This document shows, one piece after another, positions 62,606 through 64,000 of a stretch of 64,000 bases of DNA (position 1 is the first letter of the stretch; every line of letters begins with the position of its first letter). The stretch comes from an uncultured Pseudomonadota bacterium. Lineage in GTDB: Bacteria > Vulcanimicrobiota > Vulcanimicrobiia > Eremiobacterales > Eremiobacteraceae. Under the pieces are notes generated by a model. It saw nothing but the letters and a program-made list of their open reading frames with translations. It was not told the origin of the DNA and did not search any database. Location of the stretch: the NCBI GenBank assembly GCA_963736005.1, contig CAVTNB010000001.1, forward strand, positions 1,440,001 to 1,504,000, written 5' to 3'. Both the position numbers and the translations under genes were made by a program.

Positions 62606-63559
62606 ATGAAGGCTTTCCACTTTGGCAGCCTAGCTGCGACTGTTTGCAGATCCGGATTCACACTGATCGCTCTTTGGCTTACCTTTGGGCTTGGTGTTTC
62701 CGCCGCAGCCCAGTGGCGCCCCGCCTTACCTGTTCGTATCACGTTCACTGAGCGTTTTGTTTCCGGCCTCGAGCCAGAGGTCGATCTGCGCCCTCAAATT
62801 AGGCAGCGCCACATTCTTATTCGCGACCAGGGCAATCGTGGTACCTGCACCGTCTTCGCCACGACATTTCTGATCGAATATCAAAAGGCCGGCATGGTTG
62901 GTTCGACCGGCGGCCCTTTGCTTTCTGAAGAATATCTCAATTGGGCCGGGAACAAGTCGACCGGTGAAAATAGCGATGGCGGATTTTTTACGAAGTTCAT
63001 CAGCGGGTATCATGCATGGGGCATTGCGCCTGCCAAGGACATGCGCTACCGAGCAACCTACAATGCCACACACCCCGATACCCCGAGCAAAGCAGCCATT
63101 GCCGCGGCGCAGGCGATGTTTCCCCAAAAATATCCCATCACGATTCTTAAAGTCTGGGATGATACTAAGGGGATGACAAAACTGGAAATACAAAACGTGC
63201 TCGCCACCCTGCGTTCTGGGCGACCGGTGGCCACCGGCATCTGGTGGCTCAACACATTCGCAACAGTGAACGTTCGGGGCGTGCCACTCCTCAAAGACTA
63301 TCCGCGTAGCGCCAACTCAAATCCAAATCCATCGCTGAATCCGATGTTCGACGGCCATTCCATCGACCTCGTCGGGTTCCGCGAGTCGAAGGCGTTCCCC
63401 GGAGGAGGCTACTTCGTCTTTCGCAATAGCATGGGTCGGAGTTTTGGTAACGCCGGATACGGCTTTGTGTCATTTCAATATATACGCACGTACGCGAACG
63501 ATGCGATTGCCATTTCGCCGCAGCCCTGGCGGCCGATTTACCCCCATACGACGTATTGA
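62606..63559 (+). CDS. Papain-like C1 cysteine peptidase, secreted
   Basis: IRDQGNRGTCTVFA, GHSIDLVG, FRNSMG..FGNAGYG. Confidence 0.85.
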   Translation: MKAFHFGSLAATVCRSGFTLIALWLTFGLGVSAAAQWRPALPVRITFTERFVSGLEPEVDLRPQIRQRHILIRDQGNRGTCTVFATTFLIEYQKAGMVGSTGGPLLSEEYLNWAGNKSTGENSDGGFFTKFISGYHAWGIAPAKDMRYRATYNATHPDTPSKAAIAAAQAMFPQKYPITILKVWDDTKGMTKLEIQNVLATLRSGRPVATGIWWLNTFATVNVRGVPLLKDYPRSANSNPNPSLNPMFDGHSIDLVGFRESKAFPGGGYFVFRNSMGRSFGNAGYGFVSFQYIRTYANDAIAISPQPWRPIYPHTTY

Positions 63560-63596
63560 TCAGATAGCGCGCCGCACTGCTCCATAACAAGACGCA

Positions 63597-64000
63597 GTGA
63601 ACTTGCGACCGATTGATCTCCAACCTACCTTGCGGGGCACGCACGTCGAACTCAGACCGCTCCGCGTCGAGGACTTTTCAGACCTTTTCGCCGTCGCTGC
63701 GGACCCACTCATTTGGGAGCAACATCCAAGTCAAGATCGCTACAAAGTAGAAGGTTTCACGGCATTTTTTCACGGGGCATTGGCCTCTGGAGGAGCATTT
63801 CTAGTCGTTGATTCCAAAAATGGCAAAGTTATTGGATCGTCGCGCTTCCATGGTTACAACGAGGACAAAAGCGAGATAGAGATTGGTTGGACCTTCTTGG
63901 CCAGATCGCATTGGGGCGGCATCTACAATGGGGAAATGAAACAGCTAATGCTGCAACATGCCTTTAGTTTTGTCGACAGCGTCATTTTTCTCGTTGGTCT
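63597..64000 (+). CDS. GNAT/RimJ-RimL family N-acetyltransferase (partial, runs off the window)
   Basis: Manual translation: LQPTLRG..VELRPL..DPLIWEQHP..IGSSRF..EIGWTFLARSHWGG..MKQLMLQHAF. Confidence 0.85.
   Translation, partial: MNLRPIDLQPTLRGTHVELRPLRVEDFSDLFAVAADPLIWEQHPSQDRYKVEGFTAFFHGALASGGAFLVVDSKNGKVIGSSRFHGYNEDKSEIEIGWTFLARSHWGGIYNGEMKQLMLQHAFSFVDSVIFLVG

Overview
Bacterial chromosomal window, GC-rich, mostly core genes. It mixes Terrabacteria-type markers (whiA, divIVA, sepF, prsA, yabN/yabO-like, csaB) with outer-membrane/LPS-type genes; this suggests a diderm Terrabacteria lineage such as Eremiobacterota (inference). In order it contains: an envelope glycan operon with deoB; mfd-prsA-mazG-S4-GT4-whiA-gap-pgk-tpiA-gpmI; a MerB-like gene; a small flgF/flgG/flgJ/sigma-28 operon; a long minus-strand run (divIVA, sepF, yggS, tgt, rluD, lspA, ccdA); lgt; ileS; csaB; an MsrPQ-like pair; a phospholipase C; minor pilins; and an accessory tail with two papain-like proteases. 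Many genes, above all gap-gpmI, carry frameshifts that look like uncorrected long-read indels. Main discoveries: (1) at least four GTAG-type REP hairpin families forming mixed head-to-tail clusters, one of which has entered protein-coding sequence in frame (an inverted pair inside mfd, and a 36-bp tandem array in the neighbouring gene) with a loop variant that removes a stop codon; (2) a MerB-like gene split by an in-frame TGA at the catalytic Cys position and followed by a SECIS-like hairpin, i.e. a probable selenoprotein; (3) a circularly permuted CcdA; (4) a type 2 IleRS with a GVHH signature.
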